Of a stretch of DNA of 58,942 nt, positions 27,971 to 39,460 are shown piece by piece. How positions within the stretch are numbered: the first letter of the stretch is position 1; each line of letters begins with the position of its first letter. Origin of the DNA: a virus (lineage: Duplodnaviria > Caudoviricetes); the IMG/VR virus record IMGVR_UViG_3300032328_000544, positions 1-58,942 of that record; one strand, written 5' to 3'. The notes below the pieces were generated by a model, which was not told the origin of the DNA, made no database searches, and saw only the letters and a program-made list of their open reading frames with translations. The position numbers were made by a program, and so were the translations under genes.

Positions 27971-28039
27971 GTGTGTAGTTTGGGTGTCTTGGAGACCCAC
28001 TCCCTCAGAGGCTGGGGCGTCCACGCCTACACTACGCCG

Positions 28040-28112
28040 AGCGAATGCTTGGGATTTGAACCCAGACCTCTGACTTGGAAAGCCAGTGTTCTACCTAATG
28101 AACTTCATCCGC
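28040..28112 (-). tRNA. tRNA-Gly(TCC)
   Basis: Acceptor GCGGATG/CATTCGC, U73, D stem GTTC/GAAC, loop TTTCCAA; the T arm carries one extra nucleotide. Confidence 0.8.
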
Positions 28113-28114
28113 AT

Positions 28115-28167
28115 GAGGGCTTACGAGATTCGAACTCGTTCCGATATTAGTCGGCTCCTTTAGCCCT
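28115..28167 (-). ncRNA. D-armless mini tRNA-like element
   Basis: AGGGCT/AGCCCT acceptor-like stem, CCGA-CTAATA-TCGG hairpin, perfect T arm ACGAG-TTCGAAT-CTCGT. Confidence 0.6.
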
Positions 28168-28421
28168 ACCACTGCTCTATTTACTTTTACTAAGTATCGC
28201 TGTACCTAGTAAATCAACCATAATCATTAAACACTGACTTGTCAAATTGACTCGCGAGGTCAAAACTTTCCGCTACCACAGTTGGTCAGGGGACGATGCT
28301 AACGGCATACACCATTGGCAAGCAGATACTGTATTTATTACTATAATATGTAACCCATTTTCATGGGTTGGCGTAGCCCCTCCACACTGCTAATCAAATA
28401 GGAATGCTTCGGGGCATAGCC
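28168..28421 (-). ncRNA. putative structured RNA of unknown class
   Basis: No ORF; GAAA-tetraloop hairpin, 11-bp stem with G-U, nested stems; lies between tmRNA and the tRNA-like element. Confidence 0.45.
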
Positions 28422-28422
28422 G

Positions 28423-28775
28423 TGGACGTGGCGAGATTCGAACTCGCGTCCAACCACATTTCCACTGTTCTTCTACACGCTTAGGTAGTTTGTTTTGTAT
28501 GTTCGGTGATTGACCTACCAGACACCGATTCAGACTCAATTTAAATATGTCGGCTTGAGCCATTAGCCGTACTGCTTTGGTGTCCTATTTATCTGAAACC
28601 CGACTGCCCACTTAGGACTAGTGCTTTGTCGGGGGCTACTGACTACTTATTACTAAGCAGCGAGAGCGAATGCGGAACGAGTCTTAGCATTTATTTTTGT
28701 TGACGGGTTCAAGAGATACCGTCATCTCTGCGTGCTTCACCAGATTTAATGTGACTGTCGATACCAGTCACGCCC
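28423..28775 (-). ncRNA. ssrA: tmRNA (tag AKTRSAFALAA)
   Basis: Acceptor GGGCGTG/CACGTCC-A with G3-U70, 5' TCGAC, GGAC-GCGAG-TTCGAAT-CTCGC T arm, tag ORF 28688-28653 ending LAA; 353 nt. Confidence 0.95.
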
Positions 28776-28786
28776 TAGTTGTTTCT

Positions 28787-28921
28787 CTATGTAGTTTTAT
28801 TTACGAGGCGACGCTTCTCAACGTCGAACTCTTTGGGGCGACTCTTGTTTGCCTTACCGTTCTGACGGTCAGAGTTACTTCCCTTAGCGGGTTTCTGCCC
28901 GCCACCTTTTCCTTTTGCCAT
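28787..28921 (-). CDS. 44-aa basic protein
   Basis: MAKGKGGGQKPAKGSNSDRQNGKANKSRPKEFDVEKRRLVNKTT; TAACAT-N6-ATG. Confidence 0.65.
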   Translation of the reverse strand: MAKGKGGGQKPAKGSNSDRQNGKANKSRPKEFDVEKRRLVNKTT

Positions 28922-29026
28922 AAAAATATGTTACCACAACAGAAATAGACTTGCATATCTAATAGAAGTGTGGGTATAATCAGGTATAACGTTCTTCGGA
29001 GCACAAATGACGCAAGGAATAAAAAA

Positions 29027-29491
29027 ATGAAAGACACACAACTCGTAGAAAAATACGCACCAATTTTGCGTGAACTCCTTCCCCTCGCTCGCAGGGCATA
29101 CGGTTCGCGCAATACCGCCTCACCGCAGCACGACGCTTCTCGCGAATACACTCGCTTGCTTGTCGAGTACTACAACTTTGGCGGAAGCCTCATTGATATT
29201 TCAAAAGCCGTTGGGGTTACCTATGCTGGAGTACGTCGGCGCGTTACGACTGTTGACATTCTTCCGACTAAGAAGCGTGTCCGTAGCAAGGCAACTCCTG
29301 AGCAAGTAGAAGAAGCGGCTAAGCGAATTCTTGTAATCAAGAACAACGGTTCTGTCGAGGAGTACCACGAGGCACTTCGCCACGAGTATGAGGACAACGG
29401 AATTTCGCTGAACAAAATTGCCAAGGCAATCGGTCTTAGTTCTTCAAACCCTTTGTACTACGGAGTTGCTCGAACCAAAATGGCAAAGTAG
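29027..29491 (+). CDS. tandem HTH DNA-binding protein
   Basis: SLIDISKAVGVTYAGVRRR and SLNKIAKAIGLS; TTGCAT-N18-TATAAT promoter; AAGGA RBS. Confidence 0.7.
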   Translation: MKDTQLVEKYAPILRELLPLARRAYGSRNTASPQHDASREYTRLLVEYYNFGGSLIDISKAVGVTYAGVRRRVTTVDILPTKKRVRSKATPEQVEEAAKRILVIKNNGSVEEYHEALRHEYEDNGISLNKIAKAIGLSSSNPLYYGVARTKMAK

Positions 29492-29496
29492 TAAGC

Positions 29497-29540
29497 AAAA
29501 AAGAAACCCCTCGGCGCAAGCCAAGGGGTTCTTTTTTTAT
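29497..29540. terminator. bidirectional terminator
   Basis: AACCCCT..AGGGGTT stem with A and T tracts. Confidence 0.7.
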
Positions 29541-29543
29541 TTA

Positions 29544-29813
29544 TTAGTAGTCAGAATTGCTTGCCTTGTTTTTTGCAACTTCAGCCTCGGCAGAGGAAGC
29601 AAACGCAGTGTTGATTTCATCTGTATCAAGTACTCCGTCTACCACGTATGCACGTGAGAGCGACTCGGCAACTTCCATGACACCGACAAATGCGGCGACA
29701 AGGGCTGACTGCCAGAGTTCAACACCCGCAATCGAACCAGCAGCAAGAACACCACTGACCTTGAGGATAATGAGTGCGATAGTGCGTTTGAGAATAGTTT
29801 TCGTGATTTCCAA
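29544..29813 (-). CDS. small membrane protein (holin-like)
   Basis: Two hydrophobic helices, then DGVLDTDEINTAF. Confidence 0.6.
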   Translation of the reverse strand: MEITKTILKRTIALIILKVSGVLAAGSIAGVELWQSALVAAFVGVMEVAESLSRAYVVDGVLDTDEINTAFASSAEAEVAKNKASNSDY

Positions 29814-29873
29814 TTTTTTCTCCCTTGGGATATGAGGACGTAACGGCCCTCTCCCAAGCGCACTACTATTTTA

Positions 29874-30194
29874 TCAAATATTTCGATACGTGATGCGATT
29901 TCTATAGAGTGACCGTCTCATAGATTTTCTTTGGATTTCGGTAGTGCCTCCCCAAATCCCGCTCTCTCTAGGATTTGCTAAAGCGTAGGCCAAGCAACGT
30001 TCTTTGTAGGGGCAGACAGCACACAGTTCTTTTGCTTGGCTTTCCATTTTGTACGCGGCTGCTTTAACTTTCCCGTTTTCGTCGGGCGGATTCTCTTGCG
30101 GAAAAAAAGCGTCAGGGTAAGACTCTGAGCAGGGGGGCGCTCCGAACTCGGTAAAATCTGGGTAGTCTTCGGGAAAAACATCTCTAATTTCCAT
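29874..30194 (-). CDS. whiB: WhiB family transcription factor
   Basis: C..PDAFFP..AKELCAVCP...C..GIWGG. Confidence 0.92.
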   Translation of the reverse strand: MEIRDVFPEDYPDFTEFGAPPCSESYPDAFFPQENPPDENGKVKAAAYKMESQAKELCAVCPYKERCLAYALANPRESGIWGGTTEIQRKSMRRSLYRNRITYRNI

Positions 30195-30267
30195 TGATAT
30201 TTATGTCTTTCTCTGCTTTGAGTTCGGTCTTGGGGACAGTCTATGTGAAAGCAGCGGCAATACAAAA

Positions 30268-30501
30268 TTACGAGTAAGAGATAAAAAGTGCGTTCGCTAT
30301 TTCTTTACAGTCCACACAAATTTCAAGCCCGTCTGGGTTTTTTGACGGAATAAAAACTTTCCCGCAGATTGCTTCAATCGGCATACCCATTACGTAGGCT
30401 TCAGTTACTTTGGCGGCGTCGGCAATGTGGGCAACGGGTGGCTCGGCATTTCCTGTATCGACGTCTACGGTTGGTCGTTCAAGAGTGTCTAGCCCAGTCA
30501 T
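30268..30501 (-). CDS. DUF3039-like protein
   Basis: H......V.EA.V.G.P..AICGKVFIP...P....C..CKEI. Confidence 0.8.
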   Translation of the reverse strand: MTGLDTLERPTVDVDTGNAEPPVAHIADAAKVTEAYVMGMPIEAICGKVFIPSKNPDGLEICVDCKEIANALFISYS

Positions 30502-30529
30502 AAGTAAATTCTACCTATATAATCTAGTT

Positions 30530-30733
30530 ATGAAGTCAGAAGCGGTAAGTCCCGACTATGAAATAACTGAACAGGTCCTCTGCGATGCTTGCTCCGCGCA
30601 AGCGTATGTCTATGCCCAATTTGAGTCTGGCGAACTTCTCTTTTGTCTTCATCATTGGAATGAGCACAAAACTAAAATTGAAGAAACTGTCTTGAAAGTG
30701 GTCAATAATTCAGAACGTTTATTGGCTAGGTAG
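30530..30733 (+). CDS. small actinobacterial-type Zn-binding protein
   Basis: CDACSAQAY...GELLFCLHH. Confidence 0.7.
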   Translation: MKSEAVSPDYEITEQVLCDACSAQAYVYAQFESGELLFCLHHWNEHKTKIEETVLKVVNNSERLLAR

Positions 30734-30844
30734 ATAGAATTTAAAAATCAGCGTTTCGACGCTTTATTTAGTGCGCTTTCTATCGGTTATCGGCATTTAT
30801 TGTAAAATAGATACATACTCTCCTTACTTTGAACCGAGGCGCAC

Positions 30845-31203
30845 ATGTCCTGCTCTGTTGCTGGCGTATACAACATCACCTGTAATCAAGGTGCTACTTT
30901 TCAGCGCACAATTACGTGGACTGATTCGGCACGAGACCCAATCAACCTAACCAGTTATACGGCACGTATGCATGTTCGTACTCTGGCGAACGCAAACACT
31001 ACGGTTTTAGAACTAACGACAGAAAACTCTCGAATTGCTTTGGGTGGCACGGCTGGAACTGTAGCCCTAACCGTCGCTGCTAATACAACTGCTAATCTAA
31101 CGCCCGCACTGTACGTTTACGACTTAGAAGTCGTCTCTGCTGGAGGAGTTGTCACTCGACTCATTGAAGGTAACTTCAATGTCAAAGCCGAGGTGACGCG
31201 ATA

Positions 31204-31204
<1 letters not shown>
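30845..31204 (+). CDS. virion structural/baseplate-like Ig-fold protein
   Basis: YNI...QGATF..W....PINLT.YTARM..YDLE...RLIEG. Confidence 0.65.
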
Positions 31205-34398
<3,194 letters not shown>

Positions 34399-34410
34399 GA
34401 GTAGCAGACT

Positions 34411-35340
34411 GTGTATGGAAATTTTTTAGTCCCTGAGGGCATGACGCTACGGCACACGATTTCGAGTACAACCCACGCACCGGGAATTACACACATTCTT
34501 AGTCTCACTGGCGCTCCCGCGTTTGTCTTTGCCATTGTCATTGGCGGGGGTGGCGCGGGCGGAGGGGGCAACGCGGGAGATAGGTCTTGCGGTGGCGGAG
34601 GCGGAGGGGCCATATCGTACGGCCTTGTTCCTGCGGCAACCAGAGTTGAGATTGGTGCTGGGGGAGTCGGCGTAATTGACGCTGATGGTGGAGACGGGGG
34701 GCATTCTTCTTACTCGTCGCTGTACGCCGCAGGAGGAATTGGCGGAGGTCGAGCCGCTCCCGCATCCGTTTCGAAGTACGGGGCAGGAGCCGGGGGCGCT
34801 GGAAAAAATTCCTCTGCTGGTACCACCGCTGGGGGTGCGGGAAGCGTTCTCTGGCTCAACATCGGGGGAGCGGGCGGAGAGGGGGTCGCAAACGACAGCG
34901 CCGCGATTATCGGAGGCGCTGGGGGCTCTGGCTCTGCTGGTGGCGGGGGTGGTGGCCACAGCAACACCTCGACTACTGGGGCAAACGAGTGTACTGGGGG
35001 TGGCGGAGGAGACGGCTGGACAGGTGGTGGCGGTGGCTCCGCAACCTCTCAGGACGCGAATCAGACGGGGACAAACACGGGGGGAGCAGGAGGTGACTCT
35101 TACGCTGGATACGCGGGGGGTAGTGGCGGGGGTCGAACATCAACCACTACTAGTCGAACCGCTACTGGCGGAGGCGGGGCAGGTTTCTTGGGAAACGGCA
35201 CTAATGGTGATGGTGCGGCCGCGAGCAACGGAGCCAACGGCGGAGCAGGTGGCAACGGTGGTGGCGGTGGCGGCGGGGCTGGCGGAGTATCTTCAACTGG
35301 CGGAGCAGGCGGAGATGGATGTGTTTTAATCTATTACTAA
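34411..35340 (+). CDS. glycine-rich virion protein (paralog of the collagen C-terminal domain)
   Basis: [18 protein letters not shown]; ends GCVLIYY. Confidence 0.8.
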   Translation: MYGNFLVPEGMTLRHTISSTTHAPGITHILSLTGAPAFVFAIVIGGGGAGGGGNAGDRSCGGGGGGAISYGLVPAATRVEIGAGGVGVIDADGGDGGHSSYSSLYAAGGIGGGRAAPASVSKYGAGAGGAGKNSSAGTTAGGAGSVLWLNIGGAGGEGVANDSAAIIGGAGGSGSAGGGGGGHSNTSTTGANECTGGGGGDGWTGGGGGSATSQDANQTGTNTGGAGGDSYAGYAGGSGGGRTSTTTSRTATGGGGAGFLGNGTNGDGAAASNGANGGAGGNGGGGGGGAGGVSSTGGAGGDGCVLIYY

Positions 35341-35354
35341 AGAAAGAAATATAA

Positions 35355-35558
35355 ATGAACGTATATGCAGTAGTCAACCCATTACGAGGTCGCGTGGCAA
35401 ACATTATTATTGCCGACAGCCTAGAACAAGCACGCGCTGTAATGAGCAACGTGGTCGAGGTCACGGAACTGACTGGCCAAGCAAGAATTGGTGATTGGTG
35501 GGACGGAACATCCTTTATGGAGAACCCGCCTGAAGACCCCGAAGAATTAGTGCTTTAA
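35355..35558 (+). CDS. small tail-fibre-associated protein
   Basis: YAVV..V.NII..A.IGD.WDG..F..PP. Confidence 0.6.
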   Translation: MNVYAVVNPLRGRVANIIIADSLEQARAVMSNVVEVTELTGQARIGDWWDGTSFMENPPEDPEELVL

Positions 35559-35676
35559 TTCGCACGCCTTTGCTAAAGACGGAACAACAAACATTTTTTC
35601 GCAAACCGAACAGCGGTAGGGATTCTGTGAAGTTATCATCACTTAATTTTCCCACAATCAGTGTTACCCTATTTAT

Positions 35677-36759
35677 ATGTGGAATGACTTAGAACGCTCA
35701 GACGTACCACTGACGTCCACCATTGAAATGGATGAAATAACGGCAGAACTTATTCGCCCGTTTGATTACGATTCCAGTGGCACAGAATCTTTCTACCCAT
35801 ACGTTCTGCCTAAAGATTTGCCGTCCTATTGGGGTATCGGTGTAATCGTAGGGGCGTCTGGAACTGGTAAATCAAAGTTACTTGCCCAGTTCGACGGAGA
35901 ACTTGAGCCACGACCAGAGTGGGACAACTCTTGTTCCATTGCGTCACACTTCGACGACCCTATTGACGCGAGCGAGAAACTTTCTGCCGCTGGACTTATG
36001 TCTGTTCCAGAATGGGTAAAGCCGTACAACGTTCTCTCCAACGGTCAACAGTTTCGGGCAGACCTTGCTCGCTCGCTATACAACTGCGCCCGTATTGACG
36101 AGTTTACGTCTGTGATTGATAGGAACGTCGCCAAGGCTGCGTCGTCTTCCATGGCACGATATGTTCGTAAAAACGGTATCGAGGGAATTGTTCTTGCTAC
36201 GTGCCACCGAGACATTCTTGAATACTTGGAGCCAGATTGGGTCATTGACACTGACCGTGGCCAATGGACGTCTGGGAGGTGGCTTCATCGACCAGACTTG
36301 GTACTCGACATCTATCCGTGCTCAAACGAGATTTGGAGCCACTTCGCTCAACATCACTATCTCTCCGAGTCGCTCAACAAATCAGCACGGTGCTACGTGG
36401 CACTCTGGGAAAACCAAGTCGTAGGTTTTGTTGCCACTCTTGCGTATCCGTCGGGAACTGTAAAAGAAGCGTACCGAGAGCACCGACTCGTTATCCACCC
36501 CGACTACCAAGGTCTTGGTATGGGACCTAGATTGTCGGAAGCAGTAGCCAAACATTACGTTGATAACGGTAAGCGTTACTTCTCAAAAACCAGCCACCCA
36601 CGTTTAGGCGAATACCGTGACCAGTCAGTATTCTGGAAACCGACGTCGAAGAATCATATGAAGCGTAACGACGGTCTTAATATTGACGGACGCAACAGGT
36701 GGTCGATTGACCCTAACCGTTGGTCATACTCTCACGAATACGTCGGCGTGTCAAAATAG
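35677..36759 (+). CDS. ABC-type ATPase fused to a Mom-like GNAT acetyltransferase
   Basis: GASGTGKS, LSNGQ, IDEFTS; HHYL, RLVIHPDYQGLGMG. Confidence 0.85.
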   Translation: MWNDLERSDVPLTSTIEMDEITAELIRPFDYDSSGTESFYPYVLPKDLPSYWGIGVIVGASGTGKSKLLAQFDGELEPRPEWDNSCSIASHFDDPIDASEKLSAAGLMSVPEWVKPYNVLSNGQQFRADLARSLYNCARIDEFTSVIDRNVAKAASSSMARYVRKNGIEGIVLATCHRDILEYLEPDWVIDTDRGQWTSGRWLHRPDLVLDIYPCSNEIWSHFAQHHYLSESLNKSARCYVALWENQVVGFVATLAYPSGTVKEAYREHRLVIHPDYQGLGMGPRLSEAVAKHYVDNGKRYFSKTSHPRLGEYRDQSVFWKPTSKNHMKRNDGLNIDGRNRWSIDPNRWSYSHEYVGVSK

Positions 36760-36849
36760 GCATATATGTATCAAAATATGTGGTACAGTATGAATATAAG
36801 TTGTTAGCCGAATTCCCGTTCTCTAACTCCTTTCTTTGTTAGTTGGTTG

Positions 36850-36885
36850 GGAACCCCCCGTAGAAATGCGGGGGGTTTTCTTTTA
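36850..36885 (+). terminator. intrinsic terminator
   Basis: AACCCCCCG..CGGGGGGTT followed by a T tract. Confidence 0.65.
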
Positions 36886-36992
36886 TAGCCATCCGCCAAG
36901 TCTTATAGACTTAATCCTAAAGTTATACGCCATTTTGACGCGTAGCCAGTGTACAAAAACAGTACATTATTATATAACTTTGGAGGAGAGAC

Positions 36993-37940
36993 TTGGCTAA
37001 GCCACCAATCAATCCTCCTACTATGGGTGACTTAGGGGGTGAGACAAGGCAGATAAGAAGACTAATTAGTAAAGATAATACTAATTGGTCAGCCTTCAAC
37101 CCCTCTATTGCTTACTCCGATAAAGACGGATACTTATGCTTAATTCGTTCTGCTAATTACTATTACAACGACTTAGGGCACGCAACTCTTACCACCGAAA
37201 ACACAGTTCGTAACAAAATGTACATCGCTAGGTTAGATAAAAATTTAGACATAGCCACTTTGACACAAATAAAGTATCTAGACGGTCCTACTCAAAAACG
37301 TGGGTCAGAAGACGGAAGACTTTTTCAAAGAAACGGTTACTGGCTTTTCCATGCAGTTATGCGTGAAGAGCACACTATTAATCCTAGATTGGCTCTGTAT
37401 CAATTAGACATTTACAGCGGTACGGCAATATTTGTTAGAAAATACGAATCAGATGAGTACCAGTCGGTAGAGAAAAACTGGATGGCTCCGTCTAAGTATC
37501 ACAATGATAACTTTGAGTTTATTTACAATATGAACTCCGTAGTAAAAAGAGAAGGCTCGCTACTAAAGGTACGTGGGGACTTTAGTAATTTAAAAGAACT
37601 TCGTGGTGGTTCGAGTCTTCTAGAACTTGAAGACGGTAACTATTTGGCTATCGGGCACTACGCTTACAGCACCCCCATTCAAGGTTTTTCTCCTGAAAGA
37701 TTTAGCCACGTTCGTTCCTCCCTTAGGCAGTACACCCACGCTTTTATAAAGTTTAATCAAATAGGTCAAGTAACCCACGTAAGCAAAGAGTTTATTTTTG
37801 ATGAACTACAAATAGAGTTTGCCTGCGGTATCGAAAACTATGAAGATAAATTTGTTATCTCATACGGGGCAAGAGACCTAACTTCTAACCTAGCATTTAT
37901 TGACCAATCAAAAGTTTTTGACCTATTGAAGCCAATTTAA
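36993..37940 (+). CDS. beta-propeller glycoside hydrolase-like protein
   Basis: FNPSI, EDGRLF, EKNW, LRGGS, IEFACG, ISYG. Confidence 0.65.
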   Translation: MAKPPINPPTMGDLGGETRQIRRLISKDNTNWSAFNPSIAYSDKDGYLCLIRSANYYYNDLGHATLTTENTVRNKMYIARLDKNLDIATLTQIKYLDGPTQKRGSEDGRLFQRNGYWLFHAVMREEHTINPRLALYQLDIYSGTAIFVRKYESDEYQSVEKNWMAPSKYHNDNFEFIYNMNSVVKREGSLLKVRGDFSNLKELRGGSSLLELEDGNYLAIGHYAYSTPIQGFSPERFSHVRSSLRQYTHAFIKFNQIGQVTHVSKEFIFDELQIEFACGIENYEDKFVISYGARDLTSNLAFIDQSKVFDLLKPI

Positions 37941-37948
37941 GGATAAAA

Positions 37949-38641
37949 ATGCCCGAAGGAAAAGCACTATTATATGCACGAGTATCGACTCAACTTCAAG
38001 TAAATGATGGGGTATCGCTTGACGTACAAGAACGCCAACTAAATTCTGCGGCAGAGGTTGCTGGCTACACAGATTTAGAACTAGTGCGTGAGGAGGGTCG
38101 TTCGGGTAAGAACATTTCTGGTCGCCCAGCCCTGACGGAGACTCTTCGGCGTCTAGATAAAGGCGAAGCCCACGCGCTGTTTGTTACCCGCATTGACCGA
38201 CTTGCCCGCTCAACCAAAGACTTCCTAAACATTATTGACCGAGCAAATGCCAATGGGTGGAGGCTCGTAATGCTGGACTTGAACCTAGACACAGCAACAT
38301 ATCAAGGGAGGTTTGTCGTCACAATTATGAGTGCCCTCGCTGAAATGGAGCGAGGGATTATTGCTGAACGCCAGAAAGACGTACATAAAGATAGGCGCTC
38401 TCGCGGAATTAAGTGGGGAGTAGACATTGGTCCAATGAACAAAACCCCCGACGATATTCGTCAGCGAGTTGTCGCTGAAAGAAATTCGGGGGCTTCGTAC
38501 CGTAAGATTGCTGACGGACTAAACCGAGATGCTATTTCTTCGCAGAACGGCGGGGCTTGGTACCCGACGACGGTAAAGAATCTTCTGGCTGCAATTCAGA
38601 AGGAACTGGAACATTTACCTGATTCTGAATCTCAAGCGTAG
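37949..38641 (+). CDS. serine recombinase (resolvase/invertase size)
   Basis: YARVST, SG...RP.L, RIDRLAR, AEMER, C-terminal HTH SYRKIADGLN. Confidence 0.9.
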   Translation: MPEGKALLYARVSTQLQVNDGVSLDVQERQLNSAAEVAGYTDLELVREEGRSGKNISGRPALTETLRRLDKGEAHALFVTRIDRLARSTKDFLNIIDRANANGWRLVMLDLNLDTATYQGRFVVTIMSALAEMERGIIAERQKDVHKDRRSRGIKWGVDIGPMNKTPDDIRQRVVAERNSGASYRKIADGLNRDAISSQNGGAWYPTTVKNLLAAIQKELEHLPDSESQA

Positions 38642-39353
38642 CGAGAAGATTGCCCGAAAAATTGTAATCACCTGAGTGAGAAATTCTTACCCAAGGTGCG
38701 GCGTAAACCTGATTGCCAAGGCTTCTCCACATATCGCAAAAAGCATAATCTTCTGAAAGAAGAACGCTCTCTGGTTCTGGAGTAATGAATGTGGTGAAGT
38801 ACTCCGTAATTTCTTCTCCCATAGCAATGTCTTGGCTGGGGGAATTGTTTTTGTATGTCTTGCAGATTGTTTTTACTGCATCGAATACTCGTCGGTGGGC
38901 AAACATCATTCCCGTACCAATATCTCTAACAGGGAATGCTTCGTCACCTTTGAATGTCACGTTCTCTGGCAAGAAGTTCACAGCAAAGTTTCCAGAATAT
39001 GCCTCAAGATTTTCTTTACCAGCAAGAGCGGCCTTACGAACATTTTCCCAGTGAATTGACTTCATGGGGTACGGCGCACCAATTAAATCTTTGCCTGAGT
39101 GCACCATTTTTACAATGTCGTCTGAATTGAAACCGTGGTCTCCGTCAATAAAAAGCAAAGCATCGGCGTCCGATTTGATAAACATATGAGCCAACGTATT
39201 GCGTGCTCTAGTGATTAGACTCTCGTTGGTGATGGAGATGTGGTAGATGGAGTGTCCAGCAGCAGCAAGTTTTTGATTCAAATCAGAAAGACTGGCGACA
39301 TAAACGCTTTTTGAAATACCACCGTACATCGGGGTAGCAATACAAATTTTCAT
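38532..39353 (-). CDS. GT-A (GT2-like) glycosyltransferase
   Basis: IATPMYGG, ESLITRARN, FIDGD, GTGMM, LSEDYAFC. Confidence 0.75.
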   Translation of the reverse strand: MKICIATPMYGGISKSVYVASLSDLNQKLAAAGHSIYHISITNESLITRARNTLAHMFIKSDADALLFIDGDHGFNSDDIVKMVHSGKDLIGAPYPMKSIHWENVRKAALAGKENLEAYSGNFAVNFLPENVTFKGDEAFPVRDIGTGMMFAHRRVFDAVKTICKTYKNNSPSQDIAMGEEITEYFTTFITPEPESVLLSEDYAFCDMWRSLGNQVYAAPWVRISHSGDYNFSGNLLATLEIQNQVNVPVPSELQPEDSLPSSGTKPRRSAKK

Positions 39354-39460
39354 TTTTCTCTCCGTATTTTAAGTGGATGGCTGAGCAGATAGTCCACCCA
39401 GCCACCCAGACCGCCGCTCTCCCACGGCTGACACTAGTAATTTACCACTTAAATTATAAA

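Noticed and set aside
28168-28421. Group I/II intron or RNase P RNA
   Set aside because: I could not find P7/J8-7, domain V or GAGGAAAGUCC signatures, nor a split exon pair.
35677-36759. ABC transporter
   Set aside because: No membrane subunit; the ATPase is fused to a GNAT domain.
37949-38641. Prophage integrase
   Set aside because: At 230 aa it lacks the large recombinase/Zn-ribbon region, and no att site or host genes flank it.
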